Shown here piece by piece: positions 21,033 through 31,247 of a DNA stretch of 64,000 nt. The stretch is from Bacteroidota bacterium (GTDB taxonomy: Bacteria > Bacteroidota > Ignavibacteria > Kapaibacteriales > UBA961). Both the position numbers and the translations under genes were made by a program. Each line of letters begins with the position of its first letter. Within the stretch, counting starts at the first letter, position 1. Under the pieces are notes generated by a model. That model was not told where the DNA came from. It saw only the letters and a list, made by a program, of their open reading frames with translations, and searched no databases. The stretch covers positions 2,415,814 through 2,479,813 of the forward strand of contig OZ123195.1 of the NCBI GenBank assembly GCA_964204605.1, read 5' to 3'.

Positions 21033-23720
21033 ATGAATGTACTCAATATAATTGCTCTCATAGTATTATCCTTTACGTTTAATCTTAATGCTCAATTTTC
21101 TGCTGATTATACTTCAAATCGAAAATTGGGATTATTAAATGATGCTGGAGCAGTTGCTTGGAACCCTGCCTTGCTTGGAGTTATTTCTGGGGTAGATGTA
21201 TTGGGCGCTGTGCCATTAGATGCATCTTTTGGAAAAGTACATGGATATGCGGGGTTTATTAAAATTGGTAATTATGCTTTTGGCTTAGAAAAACCTTCAG
21301 AAACTCTGTCTATTTCAAACCCTACTAGCGCCTTTGCTGGATTTGGATTACCCATTCAATCAGATCATCTATGGATTGGTGGAAGTATAAAATATACTGA
21401 ATCAAAAAGTAATCCTATTCGATTCTCAGCTTCAGCTTTATTCTCACCTTCAATCGATCTTTTTGCTTCGCTAGGTATAGATAATACAACTACACCATTA
21501 CAAAGTCAAAATATTATCACTGCAATGGGTGCATTTGCACCATTACATTGGCTTACTGTTCATGCTAGATTGCAATATTGTGCTGATTCTGCTCTTTTTC
21601 TTGGTAATGCGATTAATACTGAAATTGGGGCTAGTGCCAATCTTATTCAAGAACATATCATTGGCTCTTTAACAATCAATCCAATTCGTAAAGTATTGCG
21701 TATTGGGGCTGAAATTACATTTGGCTTTGTATCAACTGGAATTATTCCATCAATTGGGTCTGGAGTAGATGAACAGTCAGCTTCGACAGCTCTTTTTAGA
21801 CTCAATTTTTCAAAAATGCCGTCAATATCTGCGCTTAAACAAAAAGATATTTCCCTATCCGATATAAGGTCTGTTGATGCTATGTGCTCGTCTTCTGCAT
21901 TTGAATGGCAGTCAACACATTCTGAATCTCCAGAATATATAGTGAATGCGATGAAAAATCATGGTGGTGATTATACTGCTATGGCTGATACTTTGACGCA
22001 TTTATCACAAAACCCAGCTTATCTGTATGATTCAATTTTTAATAAATTCTATGCAAAATATCAAAGAAATACTCTTGTTTCTGGCACATCACAATATATT
22101 ATCGCAGCAAAAAAACCAGAATTGAAAATCCTGTCTATAAAACCTGATAGTATGCACAATCAAGATATCTTGATGAGTGTGAAGATTGTCAATGATAAAG
22201 GCGATCAAGTTCAAGGAATTCTTCAATCTGATTTTGTGATTACAGATAAAAAATATGAGATACTATCTATAGAAGAAAAAAAGGAAGATATAATTGTCCC
22301 AATAGATTATATGATTGTAATGGATTGTTCAGGAAGCATGAGCAAGAAAATTAAGGATGTGAGAAAAAATGTAGTGTTATTTGCTAAAACATTAAAAACT
22401 GCAGGAATTGATTTTCGAATTGGGGGAATTTTATATGGAGAAGAAATCATCAGTTCTTTACAACCAACAAGTGATATTCAGGAATTTCTGACTTTTTTTG
22501 AAGATGCAGATGCGATTGGTAATGATGAAATTACATCAACAGCTATTATGAAAGCAACTGAAATGCTGTTTCGTCCAAATGCCAAAAGAAATATTATAGT
22601 ATTAACAGATGATTGCTGTATTCAAGATAATGCACATCTCTCAGAAATACAGGTTTTGTCTGCACTATGGAAACATGGATGCAGTTTGTATTCTCTGATT
22701 AATAAAGAGAATAATAATAGTGGTATAGTGACAAGGCTAAGTTTAGGAAAAGAATATAGTATTAATCAGCCTTTTATCGATGTTCTTAAAGATGTGTCAA
22801 AAGAACAAGATATACGCTATATGGTTAGATTAAGGCCAGTTCCTCGTGATATATATGTGAAAGGTAAAGTTATTGATGAGTCTGGGTCTCTTATTCAAGG
22901 CGCTGTCTCTGTGCAAGGTTTGCAGCAACAATTAACAATGAATCAAGGTGAATTTATTATTGAAGCTACACATCTTAACACTTTATATCTGACCTTGCAT
23001 TCCAAAGGATATGAAAGTAAACAATGTAGTATTCCTATTATAAGGCAGGCTGAATCAGATACAATTGCTGTAGAATATTCATTAATACCATTAGGAAAAT
23101 TTATCAAAGGGCGAATTCTTGATCAAAGTGGAAATGCACATTCTGGTAATATTCTTATTGAAAATGATATTGATTTACAAGTGATTAGTAATACAAAGAC
23201 AGATGATCAAGGGTCGTATTTTTGTAGAATTCCAGATAAAGGTATATATAGAATGACACCTAATACACAAAATTTTATAGCACATCCTATTGTATTATCT
23301 GCTTTGGAAGTACAGAGAGGCGATACATTACAAAAAGATATAATGATTTCATCGATTGAACAAGCCACGGAGTCCGGGACACGCTTTAGTTTAAAAAATA
23401 TCTTTTTTGAATCGAAACAATGGTCATTAAAACCTGAAAGTACACTTGAATTAGAAAAGCTATTAGCATTTATGGTAGATAATCCAAGTGTTTCGATAGA
23501 AATTAGTGCTCATACTGATGCTATTGGAAAAACTAATGATAATGCATTATTATCTAGTAAAAGGGCAGAAGCAGTTCTAGAATATCTGGTTCAAAGAGGA
23601 ATTAATAAATATAGATTATATGCCATTGGTTATGGAGAATCTTTGCCAATTGCAAGTAATGACGAAGAAAATGGAAGAGAAAAAAATCGTCGGGTAGAAT
23701 TTACACTTATCAAAAAATAA
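21033..23720 (+). CDS. Modular OmpA-family outer-membrane protein with vWA and CarboxypepD_reg-like modules, paralogous to 19344..20948
   Basis: The signal peptide and N-domain are homologous to the upstream gene (NRKLGLLNDAGAVAWNPALLGV). A vWA domain carries a MIDAS motif (DCSGSMS), followed by two CarboxypepD_reg-like beta-sandwich segments (GKVIDESGSLIQGAVSV; GRILDQSGNAHSGNILI) and a C-terminal OmpA domain (SAHTDAIGK...NRRVEF). Confidence 0.8.
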   Translation: MNVLNIIALIVLSFTFNLNAQFSADYTSNRKLGLLNDAGAVAWNPALLGVISGVDVLGAVPLDASFGKVHGYAGFIKIGNYAFGLEKPSETLSISNPTSAFAGFGLPIQSDHLWIGGSIKYTESKSNPIRFSASALFSPSIDLFASLGIDNTTTPLQSQNIITAMGAFAPLHWLTVHARLQYCADSALFLGNAINTEIGASANLIQEHIIGSLTINPIRKVLRIGAEITFGFVSTGIIPSIGSGVDEQSASTALFRLNFSKMPSISALKQKDISLSDIRSVDAMCSSSAFEWQSTHSESPEYIVNAMKNHGGDYTAMADTLTHLSQNPAYLYDSIFNKFYAKYQRNTLVSGTSQYIIAAKKPELKILSIKPDSMHNQDILMSVKIVNDKGDQVQGILQSDFVITDKKYEILSIEEKKEDIIVPIDYMIVMDCSGSMSKKIKDVRKNVVLFAKTLKTAGIDFRIGGILYGEEIISSLQPTSDIQEFLTFFEDADAIGNDEITSTAIMKATEMLFRPNAKRNIIVLTDDCCIQDNAHLSEIQVLSALWKHGCSLYSLINKENNNSGIVTRLSLGKEYSINQPFIDVLKDVSKEQDIRYMVRLRPVPRDIYVKGKVIDESGSLIQGAVSVQGLQQQLTMNQGEFIIEATHLNTLYLTLHSKGYESKQCSIPIIRQAESDTIAVEYSLIPLGKFIKGRILDQSGNAHSGNILIENDIDLQVISNTKTDDQGSYFCRIPDKGIYRMTPNTQNFIAHPIVLSALEVQRGDTLQKDIMISSIEQATESGTRFSLKNIFFESKQWSLKPESTLELEKLLAFMVDNPSVSIEISAHTDAIGKTNDNALLSSKRAEAVLEYLVQRGINKYRLYAIGYGESLPIASNDEENGREKNRRVEFTLIKK

Positions 23721-23797
23721 AGTATATGGAACTTATTTAGTTCTATTGCAAGTTATATTTGTTCTCAACAATTTTTTTAATTTAATGAGTTTTTTAT

Positions 23798-24490
23798 ATG
23801 ACACGTTTTTCATTGTTTCTTTTAGCGATTATGATTTCAGTAATCACTTCATCATGTTCTGATTCTAGTACAAGCACAATTCCTACAAATGCAAAATTAA
23901 TGGTAGTGCATGCATCACCTGATGCCCCTGGTGTTGATATTGCTGTAGACAATAATAAAATAAGTGGAAGCGCCTTAACATTTCCTAATAATAGCGGATA
24001 TGTTTCAGTTACTCCAGGAACAAGAAATATCAAAGTTTTTGCTGCAGGGTCTTCCACAGCATTATTTAGTTTTGATCAAGTTTTTCCAGAATCTAAATTA
24101 TATACTGTATTTGCTTTAGATTCATTGAATAAAATAACCTTATTACTAGTGGAAGATGCAATACCAGCTGTTGTTACCGGTAAAGCGCATGTGCGTTTTT
24201 TACATTTATCACCAAATGCTCCAGCAGTGGATATTGCCGTAAAGGATGGTCCATCACTTTTCTTAAATAGATCATTTAATAGACAATTTTCATCATCCCA
24301 AAATGTGTTCTCACCAGTTGATGCAGGAACATATAATATTGATGTTAAAGTAGCTGGAACAACAACAGTGGCATTACCTTTAACAGGAATTAAATTTGAA
24401 TCTGGCAAGGCATATACAGTTTTTGCAAGTGGTTTCTTAGGTGGAACAGGCACAGCAGGTTTAGGTGCACAAATAATAGTAAATAGATAA
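23798..24490 (+). CDS. DUF4397 domain lipoprotein (internally duplicated)
   Basis: Lipoprotein signal with a lipobox Cys (ITSSCSD). There are two repeats of the DUF4397-type motif (MVVHASPDAPGVDIAVDN ; VRFLHLSPNAPAVDIAVKD). Confidence 0.65.
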   Translation: MTRFSLFLLAIMISVITSSCSDSSTSTIPTNAKLMVVHASPDAPGVDIAVDNNKISGSALTFPNNSGYVSVTPGTRNIKVFAAGSSTALFSFDQVFPESKLYTVFALDSLNKITLLLVEDAIPAVVTGKAHVRFLHLSPNAPAVDIAVKDGPSLFLNRSFNRQFSSSQNVFSPVDAGTYNIDVKVAGTTTVALPLTGIKFESGKAYTVFASGFLGGTGTAGLGAQIIVNR

Positions 24491-24510
24491 TTTACTTAAG
24501 CTAATTTTTT

Positions 24511-24543
24511 GGGTCTGTTGCTTTTGCATCAGACCCTTTTTTT
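24511..24543 (+). terminator. Rho-independent terminator after the DUF4397 gene
   Basis: Stem gggtctg / cagaccc (7 bp), loop ttgcttttgcat (12 nt), followed by a T7 run. Confidence 0.65.
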
Positions 24544-24614
24544 ATATCCCTACATCTCCTCTTCTCTGTCTTCTAGTAAAAAACTGTATTTTAGTAAGAG
24601 TACACATATAAAAG

Positions 24615-26801
24615 ATGATCATGGCAAGAACACTTATTACCGCAGCCTTACCTTATGTAAATAGTTATATTCATTTGGGGCATTTAGCCGGAGCATATCT
24701 ACCTGCTGATATGTATGCAAGATTTCTTCGATTACAAGGAAGGGAAGTCCTTTTTGTATGTGGCTCTGATGAACATGGTGTTGCAATAACAATTAGTGCA
24801 GATAAAGAACATACAACTCCTAAAGCAATTATAGATAAATATCATCCGATGAATGAGGCTGCTTTTAAGGATTTTGGGATAAGTTTTGATATTTATTCTA
24901 GAACTTCATTACCAGATCATTTTGAAACAGCACAAGAATTCTTTAAGGATTGGTTAGAAAAAGGATATTTAGTAGAAAAAGAAGAGCCACAATTTTATGA
25001 TGAAAAAGCTTCGATGTTTTTACCAGATAGATATGTTGAAGGAATATGTCCGCATTGTTCAAAAGAAGGAGCCAGAGGCGATCAATGTGATAGTTGCGGT
25101 GCTACTTATAATCAAACTGAACTAAAAAACCCAATAAGTATATTAACTGGAGAAAAACCGATTGTTAAAAATACCAAGCACTGGTATTTTAAAATGGGAG
25201 AATTCCAGAAGCAATTAGAAGAATATATAGAATCACACAGTAAAGATTGGAAAGATAATGTCATTCAGCAAAGTCGTTCTTGGCTTAAACAAGGCTTAAA
25301 TGATAGGGCAGCTACAAGAGATATGAAATGGGGTATTCCAGTGCCAGCTGCAAATGCTGAAGGAAAAGTGATTTATGTTTGGTTCGAAGCAGTTCTTGGC
25401 TATATATCTGCCACTAAACATTGGGCAAAACAGCATGGATATTCTGCTGAAGAATGGAAAACGTGGTGGAGCAAACCCAATAATGAAGATCGAGAGTATA
25501 TTGCATTCTTAGGTAAAGACAATATCGTATTTCATACTTTGATTTTCCCTATGCTTTTAATGGCCAAAGGTGATATGATTTTACCAACGAATGTGCCTGC
25601 AAATGAATTTCTGAATTTTGAAGGAAAAAAGTTTTCAAAATCACAAAATTGGGGCATCTTTTTACGAGATTATCAAAAGGATTTTCCTGGCAAAACAAAT
25701 GCTGATATTTTGAGATATGCTTTAGCGAATAATCTTCCTGAAACAAAAGACTCTGACTTTACATGGAAAGATTTTCAAGCTAAAACCAATAATGAATTAG
25801 CGGCGATACCAGGAAATTTTATCAATAGAGTTATTCAATTTTTATCAAAAAACTTTTCTAGTGCAGTTCCAATTCTATCTGATCATTATGCAAAGCTAGA
25901 TGAGGCTTGGGAATTATTAATTCAAGATTTTCAAAGAGAATCAAATACTGTTTCCAAAGAAACCTTGCAATCGCTTTATGAATCAAAGCATGTACGCTAT
26001 TTTTCTGCACATGATTTTTCTATGATTGCTTCATTGTATACGGGCATGAATAAAGTTTCAATGCATTATAAACAATGTAGATTCAGGGATGCAGTAACAG
26101 AAACAATGAATATTACCCGTTCAGCTAATAAGTATTTTAATGATACAGAGCCATGGAAAACTATTAAAAATGATCCAGATGAATGTGGTAAAACATTGTA
26201 TATATGCTCGCAATTATTGCGATCCCTTAGTATAATTTTTGCACCTATTATTCCGCATACTGCTTCGGTTCTTGCAGAAAGTATAGGGCAAATTCCTATG
26301 ACAGGCTCCGTAGATCAATCAGATAAAAAAGATATATGGTCTACAATGGTATTTCCTGTTTTGGCTCAAGGACAAAACATACATATACCACCAATTTTAT
26401 TCAACAAACTGGAAGATTCTGTGATTGATGCTCAGATTTCTGCTATGCATGCAGGACAAATAATCGATAAAAAAGAAGATCTTATTACGATTGATGATTT
26501 TAAGAAAATTAAACTAGTAACTGCTAAGATTATACATGCAGAAGCTGTCCCCAAAAGCGAAAAGCTAGTCAAATTACAAGTAGATACTGGAACAGAAAAA
26601 AGACAAATCTTAGCAGGTATAGCCAAGCATTATAAACCCGAAGATTTGCTAGGAAAAACAATTGTGATTGTTGCAAATTTAGCTCCAGCAAAGCTAATGG
26701 GGCATGAATCACAAGGTATGCTATTGGCTGCTAATTCTGCAGATGGAAGCGTAAGTTTGATAGTTCCTGAAATTGATTCTATTGGTTCTGAAGTACGATA
26801 A
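24615..26801 (+). CDS. metG: Methionine--tRNA ligase with C-terminal tRNA-binding (EMAP/Trbp111-like) domain
   Basis: HIGH-region LPYVNSYIHLGH, zinc knuckle CPHC...CDSCG, KMSKS variant KFSKSQ, and a C-terminal KLVTAKII...ANLAPAKLMG domain. It is collinear with E. coli MetG. Confidence 0.95.
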   Translation: MIMARTLITAALPYVNSYIHLGHLAGAYLPADMYARFLRLQGREVLFVCGSDEHGVAITISADKEHTTPKAIIDKYHPMNEAAFKDFGISFDIYSRTSLPDHFETAQEFFKDWLEKGYLVEKEEPQFYDEKASMFLPDRYVEGICPHCSKEGARGDQCDSCGATYNQTELKNPISILTGEKPIVKNTKHWYFKMGEFQKQLEEYIESHSKDWKDNVIQQSRSWLKQGLNDRAATRDMKWGIPVPAANAEGKVIYVWFEAVLGYISATKHWAKQHGYSAEEWKTWWSKPNNEDREYIAFLGKDNIVFHTLIFPMLLMAKGDMILPTNVPANEFLNFEGKKFSKSQNWGIFLRDYQKDFPGKTNADILRYALANNLPETKDSDFTWKDFQAKTNNELAAIPGNFINRVIQFLSKNFSSAVPILSDHYAKLDEAWELLIQDFQRESNTVSKETLQSLYESKHVRYFSAHDFSMIASLYTGMNKVSMHYKQCRFRDAVTETMNITRSANKYFNDTEPWKTIKNDPDECGKTLYICSQLLRSLSIIFAPIIPHTASVLAESIGQIPMTGSVDQSDKKDIWSTMVFPVLAQGQNIHIPPILFNKLEDSVIDAQISAMHAGQIIDKKEDLITIDDFKKIKLVTAKIIHAEAVPKSEKLVKLQVDTGTEKRQILAGIAKHYKPEDLLGKTIVIVANLAPAKLMGHESQGMLLAANSADGSVSLIVPEIDSIGSEVR

Positions 26802-26812
26802 AAGGTATAATT

Positions 26813-27232
26813 ATGAATATAACAGTAGATTGGAAAGGTGGAATGTGTTTAGAAGGACATAATTCTGAGCAAAAAAATACATTGTTTGATTCGCATAGTT
26901 CAGAGAATTATGTGTCTAAAGCACCAACACCAATGGAGATAATGTTGCAATCTATGGCTGCATGCTCTGTGATGGATGTTCTAAGTATTTTAGAAAAAAA
27001 AAGAAAACATATCATTTCTTTGCATGTAGAAGTTTCTGGAAATAGGGCTGATGAACATCCTAAAGTGTTTACTAGTGTACTGTTAAAGTTTTTTGTAAAA
27101 AGTACTGATGCAGAATTAAAAGATATTGAAAGAAGCGTTGAGTTATCTCAGCAAACATATTGTAGTGCGGCTGCAATGTTTAAAAGGTCTGGATGCGATG
27201 TAAAAACTGAATGTTATCTAGATATAGTTTAG
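26813..27232 (+). CDS. OsmC/Ohr family protein
   Basis: 139 aa with the OsmC-like pattern (PTPMEIMLQSMAACSVMDVLSIL ... LSQQTYCSAAAMF) and two conserved Cys contexts. Confidence 0.7.
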   Translation: MNITVDWKGGMCLEGHNSEQKNTLFDSHSSENYVSKAPTPMEIMLQSMAACSVMDVLSILEKKRKHIISLHVEVSGNRADEHPKVFTSVLLKFFVKSTDAELKDIERSVELSQQTYCSAAAMFKRSGCDVKTECYLDIV

Positions 27233-28128
27233 CATTTTCCTAATTGCTTTAATCGATCTAGTCTAGCAAATTCATGCTGCGCAAACCAATTATCTTCACA
27301 TAAAATAGTATATGCTGAAGCAAAGAATGGAGTAGCATCATCAGTTTTATTGAGTGTCAACAAACATTCGCCTATTTCCTCGGCAATATATCCATCATTT
27401 TCAAGATTAGCAGATTTCCTTTGTTCGGCAGATTCATAATGTACAAGTAATGCTTCACCAATTCTTCCTAATAGACGCATCATTTTTGCTGCAGACCACT
27501 TAGCAATTAAGCTTTCTTCTAATCTTTTTCTTTCTTTAAACCATATATCACTTTTTAAGAAACACTCTAAAGCTGCATTAAAATCTTCTTTGGAATGATA
27601 TGTCCAGCCAATATTATTATACAAAGCCCCTAACCAACTTTTTGCCTTTAAATCAGTTGATTTCTCTGCATAAAGCACTGCTTTTTTATTCCATTCTAAT
27701 GATTCATCTGATTGGCATATTATTCCCAGCATATGCATAGCATCTACAGCATAAAAATCTAATGAATGAAGTGTTGCAATGTTCAATGCAAGTAAAAAAC
27801 TAGATTTACCTCTATCTGATTCTTGATGCCAGTTTTCCCATCTTCCTTTCTCTAAAAAATATCGAGTTGAAGGCAATGGTTTGTCATTATCTTGTAATTG
27901 TTCTATAATGGCAATTGCTTTTTGTAATGCTAAAGATGCTGATTCAAAATTTCTCAACAATGTTTCGCATCTAGCAATTTGCGTAAGTAATTGAGGATAA
28001 AGTGTTTTATCTTCGTGAGTTTTAATAATGTCGATTAAACTCCGAAATTGTTCTACTGTAATTTCAGGTTGAGAATAATCCCAAAGATGATCAAATTCTT
28101 CAGGTTTAATTGAATCAATATTCTTCAT
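27229..28128 (-). CDS. Hypothetical helical-repeat (TPR-like) protein
   Basis: 299 aa predicted all-alpha, with no catalytic motif recognised. The stop overlaps the convergent OsmC gene. Confidence 0.5.
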   Translation of the reverse strand: MKNIDSIKPEEFDHLWDYSQPEITVEQFRSLIDIIKTHEDKTLYPQLLTQIARCETLLRNFESASLALQKAIAIIEQLQDNDKPLPSTRYFLEKGRWENWHQESDRGKSSFLLALNIATLHSLDFYAVDAMHMLGIICQSDESLEWNKKAVLYAEKSTDLKAKSWLGALYNNIGWTYHSKEDFNAALECFLKSDIWFKERKRLEESLIAKWSAAKMMRLLGRIGEALLVHYESAEQRKSANLENDGYIAEEIGECLLTLNKTDDATPFFASAYTILCEDNWFAQHEFARLDRLKQLGKC

Positions 28129-28131
28129 TAT

Positions 28132-29223
28132 TTATAATCTATTATGAGTTAAAGAAGAGAATATACAGAGTGAATCAGGTTGTATATATAGCTTAATTGC
28201 ATCATCATTTTTTACTGGAAATTGTAGCGGAACTCGAATAGATTTTAAGGAATCAGCAGATTGCACAAAAGCGATTTGTTCATGGCCATGATATTCAGTT
28301 TGATGTATCGAACATTGCCATGTTGGAGCATTTTCTAGGTGAGTTAAAGACAATTTTTCTGGTCTAATTCCTACAATAATGTTTTTATCATCGGGAATGC
28401 CATATATAAATGAATGATCCGGAATAGTAAATGAAGCTCCATTATGTAATTCTTGAAATATCAATTCATTATCAATCTTTGTGAAGCTGCCATGAAAAAA
28501 ATTCATAGAAGGGCTTCCTAAGAAACCTGCTACAAATACATTTTGTGGATCATTGTAAATATCTTGTGGCTTACCAATTTGCTGTAAAATTCCTTTATGA
28601 AGAACAGCAATGCGATCGCCCATCGTCATAGCTTCGGCCTGATCATGAGTAACATAGATACCAGTAATTCCAACTCTTTTTTGTAAAGCAACGATTTCTG
28701 ATCTCATATGCATTCTAAGTTGAGCATCTAAATTAGACAAAGGTTCATCGAATAAAAAGACTCTGGGAGTTCTTATGATGGCTCTTCCAAGTGCTACTCT
28801 TTGTCTTTGTCCACCTGACAATTGTTTAGGTTTTCTGTATAATAAATCACTTAAACCAACTTGCTCTGCTATTTCTTGTACTTTTTTTAAAATTTCATCT
28901 TTGGGGAATTTTCTTAAACTTAAAGGAAATCCTAGGTTTTCTGCAACTGTTAGATGTGGATATAAGGCATAATTTTGAAAAACCATACCAATATCTCTCA
29001 TTTTTGCTGGCATATCATTAATACATACTCCATCAAAGAACAAAGAGCCACCAGTGATATCTTCTAATCCTGCAATCATTCTAAGAACTGTACTTTTACC
29101 ACAGCCTGATGGGCCTACTAGCACTAATAATTCACCTGGTATAACAGTAAGATTTAAATTTTGTATTACTGGTTTTCCAATTTCATATTCTTTATATAGG
29201 TCTTTTAGTTCTACTGTGGTCAT
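28132..29223 (-). CDS. ABC transporter ATP-binding protein, MalK/UgpC/MsiK-type with C-terminal TOBE-like domain
   Basis: Walker A GPSGCGKST, signature LSGGQRQR, Walker B FLFDEPLS and a C-terminal regulatory domain. No permease or binding protein is adjacent. Confidence 0.85.
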   Translation of the reverse strand: MTTVELKDLYKEYEIGKPVIQNLNLTVIPGELLVLVGPSGCGKSTVLRMIAGLEDITGGSLFFDGVCINDMPAKMRDIGMVFQNYALYPHLTVAENLGFPLSLRKFPKDEILKKVQEIAEQVGLSDLLYRKPKQLSGGQRQRVALGRAIIRTPRVFLFDEPLSNLDAQLRMHMRSEIVALQKRVGITGIYVTHDQAEAMTMGDRIAVLHKGILQQIGKPQDIYNDPQNVFVAGFLGSPSMNFFHGSFTKIDNELIFQELHNGASFTIPDHSFIYGIPDDKNIIVGIRPEKLSLTHLENAPTWQCSIHQTEYHGHEQIAFVQSADSLKSIRVPLQFPVKNDDAIKLYIQPDSLCIFSSLTHNRL

Positions 29224-29294
29224 TATTTTAAAATCCTGAAGTAATGGTATTGAGCAAAATACATAATTCTTTAAAAATTGCTTAAGCTAATATT

Positions 29295-31112
29295 CTATGA
29301 CATTGGATTAGAATTCAATTCTGAAGAAAATTGCAAATAAGAAAGTCGGGCATATAATCCATTTACTTTCATTAATTCATCATGTGTTCCATATTCAATA
29401 ATAGATCCTTTACTAAAAACAGCAATAGCATCGCATGTTCTAATTGTAGAAAGTCTATGCGCGATAATAATTGTAGTTCGATCTTTCATTAATGTTTCCA
29501 AAGCTTCTTTTATCAAATGTTCAGAAACAGAATCTAAAGAGCTAGTTGCTTCATCAAGAATTAATATTGGAGGATTTTTTAGGATAGCTCTGGCGATTGC
29601 AATTCTTTGTCTTTGGCCTCCAGACAATGTAATTCCTCTTTCACCAACTAGTGTAGAAAAACGCTCTGGAAATCTATCGATAAATTCCATGGCATTTGCC
29701 AAAGTAGCAGCTTGTTCGATTTCTGTATCTGTTGCATCTGTTTTTCCATATGCAATATTTTGAGCTATAGTTCCTCCAAACAGAATGATATCTTGTGGAA
29801 CAACGCCGATAGAATTTCTGATTTTTTGTAATCCCCAATATTCAGCAGGTATAGAATTATAGAGTATTTCGCCCTTATCAGGAGAATAAAATTGTTGAAT
29901 AAGTGAAGCGGTAGTACTTTTTCCGGCACCGCTTTCTCCTACAAATGCAATACGATGTCCAGCAGGAATTGTAAGATTTATATCGTTCAAAGCTTGAATA
30001 TCTTTACGATTTGGATAGTTGAAAAATACATTTTGTATGCTAATTGAATGCAATTTTTCTGAATGTACGATTGTATTTTGAGTATCATGCTCTATTGGCT
30101 CATCGATAATTTCTCTTAATCGAACGGAAGCACCCAGAGCTTTTTGTACTTGACCAAGTAATTCTGCAAAGCTTCCCATAGCACCACCAACAAACATTGC
30201 ATAAATTAAAAATGTGGCAAAGTCTCCAATAGTAATTTCACCAGCTTGAACTAGGGAACCTCCATACCAAATTACACCAGCTATACCACCAAAAAATGCA
30301 AAAAGGATAAAGGAAACAAAAGCAGATCGAAGTTTTGCAGTATATAGAGCCAAAGTAATTGTTTGCTTTAAGGCATTTTTATACCTTATTGCTTCAAAAT
30401 GCTCATTCACATAGGATTTTACACTGCTAATTGCTTGCAGAGTTTCTTCTATGATTGTTGCTGAATTAGCTAAAGCATCCTGTGTTTTAGTACTTTGTTT
30501 TCTGATAAATTTTCCAAAAACAACGGCAATCACTACTAAAACTGGTAAAGCTAAAAGCACAGGTAAAGCAAGATTTAATCCAGCAGCTAAAATAAAACCT
30601 ATGCCACCAATAAGAAATATTGTTTGTCTTAATAATTCTAAAACAGTAAAAGCAAATGTTTCTTGGATTTGAGTCAAATCCGAAGATAATCGTGAAGATA
30701 ATTCTCCGACACGTCGTTCAGAAAAGAAGCTCATGGGGAGTCTTATGATATGTTCAAATGAAGTAGACCTCAATTCTGCTAAAGCATATTCGGTAATCTT
30801 GGCAATAGTCATCGATGCGATAAAACGTATTGCAGATTGAATTGCAATCAAAAGAAGTAAACTTAGTGCTAATAATCCTGGGGTTAATTGTATTCCGAGA
30901 GGCATAAATGCTTTGTCTGGATGAACAAAACCATCTAACATTTTTCCAATAATTGCTGGAAATATTAAGCCCAATGATGCCGTAATCAACATGATGATTA
31001 ATGCAATAATACCCTTGAGCGCATATGGTTTGTAGAAAGACAATAAAAAGGATAATTGCTCTTTAGTTTCGCCTGCTTTTATCTTTGATATAGGTGTTTG
31101 TTCTGTATTCAT
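29295..31112 (-). CDS. ABC exporter, fused permease-ATPase (MsbA/MdlB-like)
   Basis: N-terminal 6-TM exporter domain plus a C-terminal NBD ([26 protein letters not shown]). Confidence 0.9.
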   Translation of the reverse strand: MNTEQTPISKIKAGETKEQLSFLLSFYKPYALKGIIALIIMLITASLGLIFPAIIGKMLDGFVHPDKAFMPLGIQLTPGLLALSLLLLIAIQSAIRFIASMTIAKITEYALAELRSTSFEHIIRLPMSFFSERRVGELSSRLSSDLTQIQETFAFTVLELLRQTIFLIGGIGFILAAGLNLALPVLLALPVLVVIAVVFGKFIRKQSTKTQDALANSATIIEETLQAISSVKSYVNEHFEAIRYKNALKQTITLALYTAKLRSAFVSFILFAFFGGIAGVIWYGGSLVQAGEITIGDFATFLIYAMFVGGAMGSFAELLGQVQKALGASVRLREIIDEPIEHDTQNTIVHSEKLHSISIQNVFFNYPNRKDIQALNDINLTIPAGHRIAFVGESGAGKSTTASLIQQFYSPDKGEILYNSIPAEYWGLQKIRNSIGVVPQDIILFGGTIAQNIAYGKTDATDTEIEQAATLANAMEFIDRFPERFSTLVGERGITLSGGQRQRIAIARAILKNPPILILDEATSSLDSVSEHLIKEALETLMKDRTTIIIAHRLSTIRTCDAIAVFSKGSIIEYGTHDELMKVNGLYARLSYLQFSSELNSNPMS

Positions 31113-31247
31113 GTCAATCTTCTTAGGTATAATGAGATAGAATTCTTGGTTTTATGACTTCACAATACATGTATTTGATAATACATGTGCATTATTCGTA
31201 TGCTAATTTCTCATTTTTGCTATTAACATATTATACAGGACAAAAAA

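Noticed and set aside
23794-24453. Two minus-strand ORFs (87 and 125 aa) overlapping the DUF4397 gene
   Set aside because: They are antisense to a CDS with a clear lipoprotein signal and an internally repeated DUF4397 motif, so they are artefacts of AT/GC-skewed antisense frames.
25549-26626. Antisense small ORFs within metG
   Set aside because: They are nested in a fully collinear MetG.
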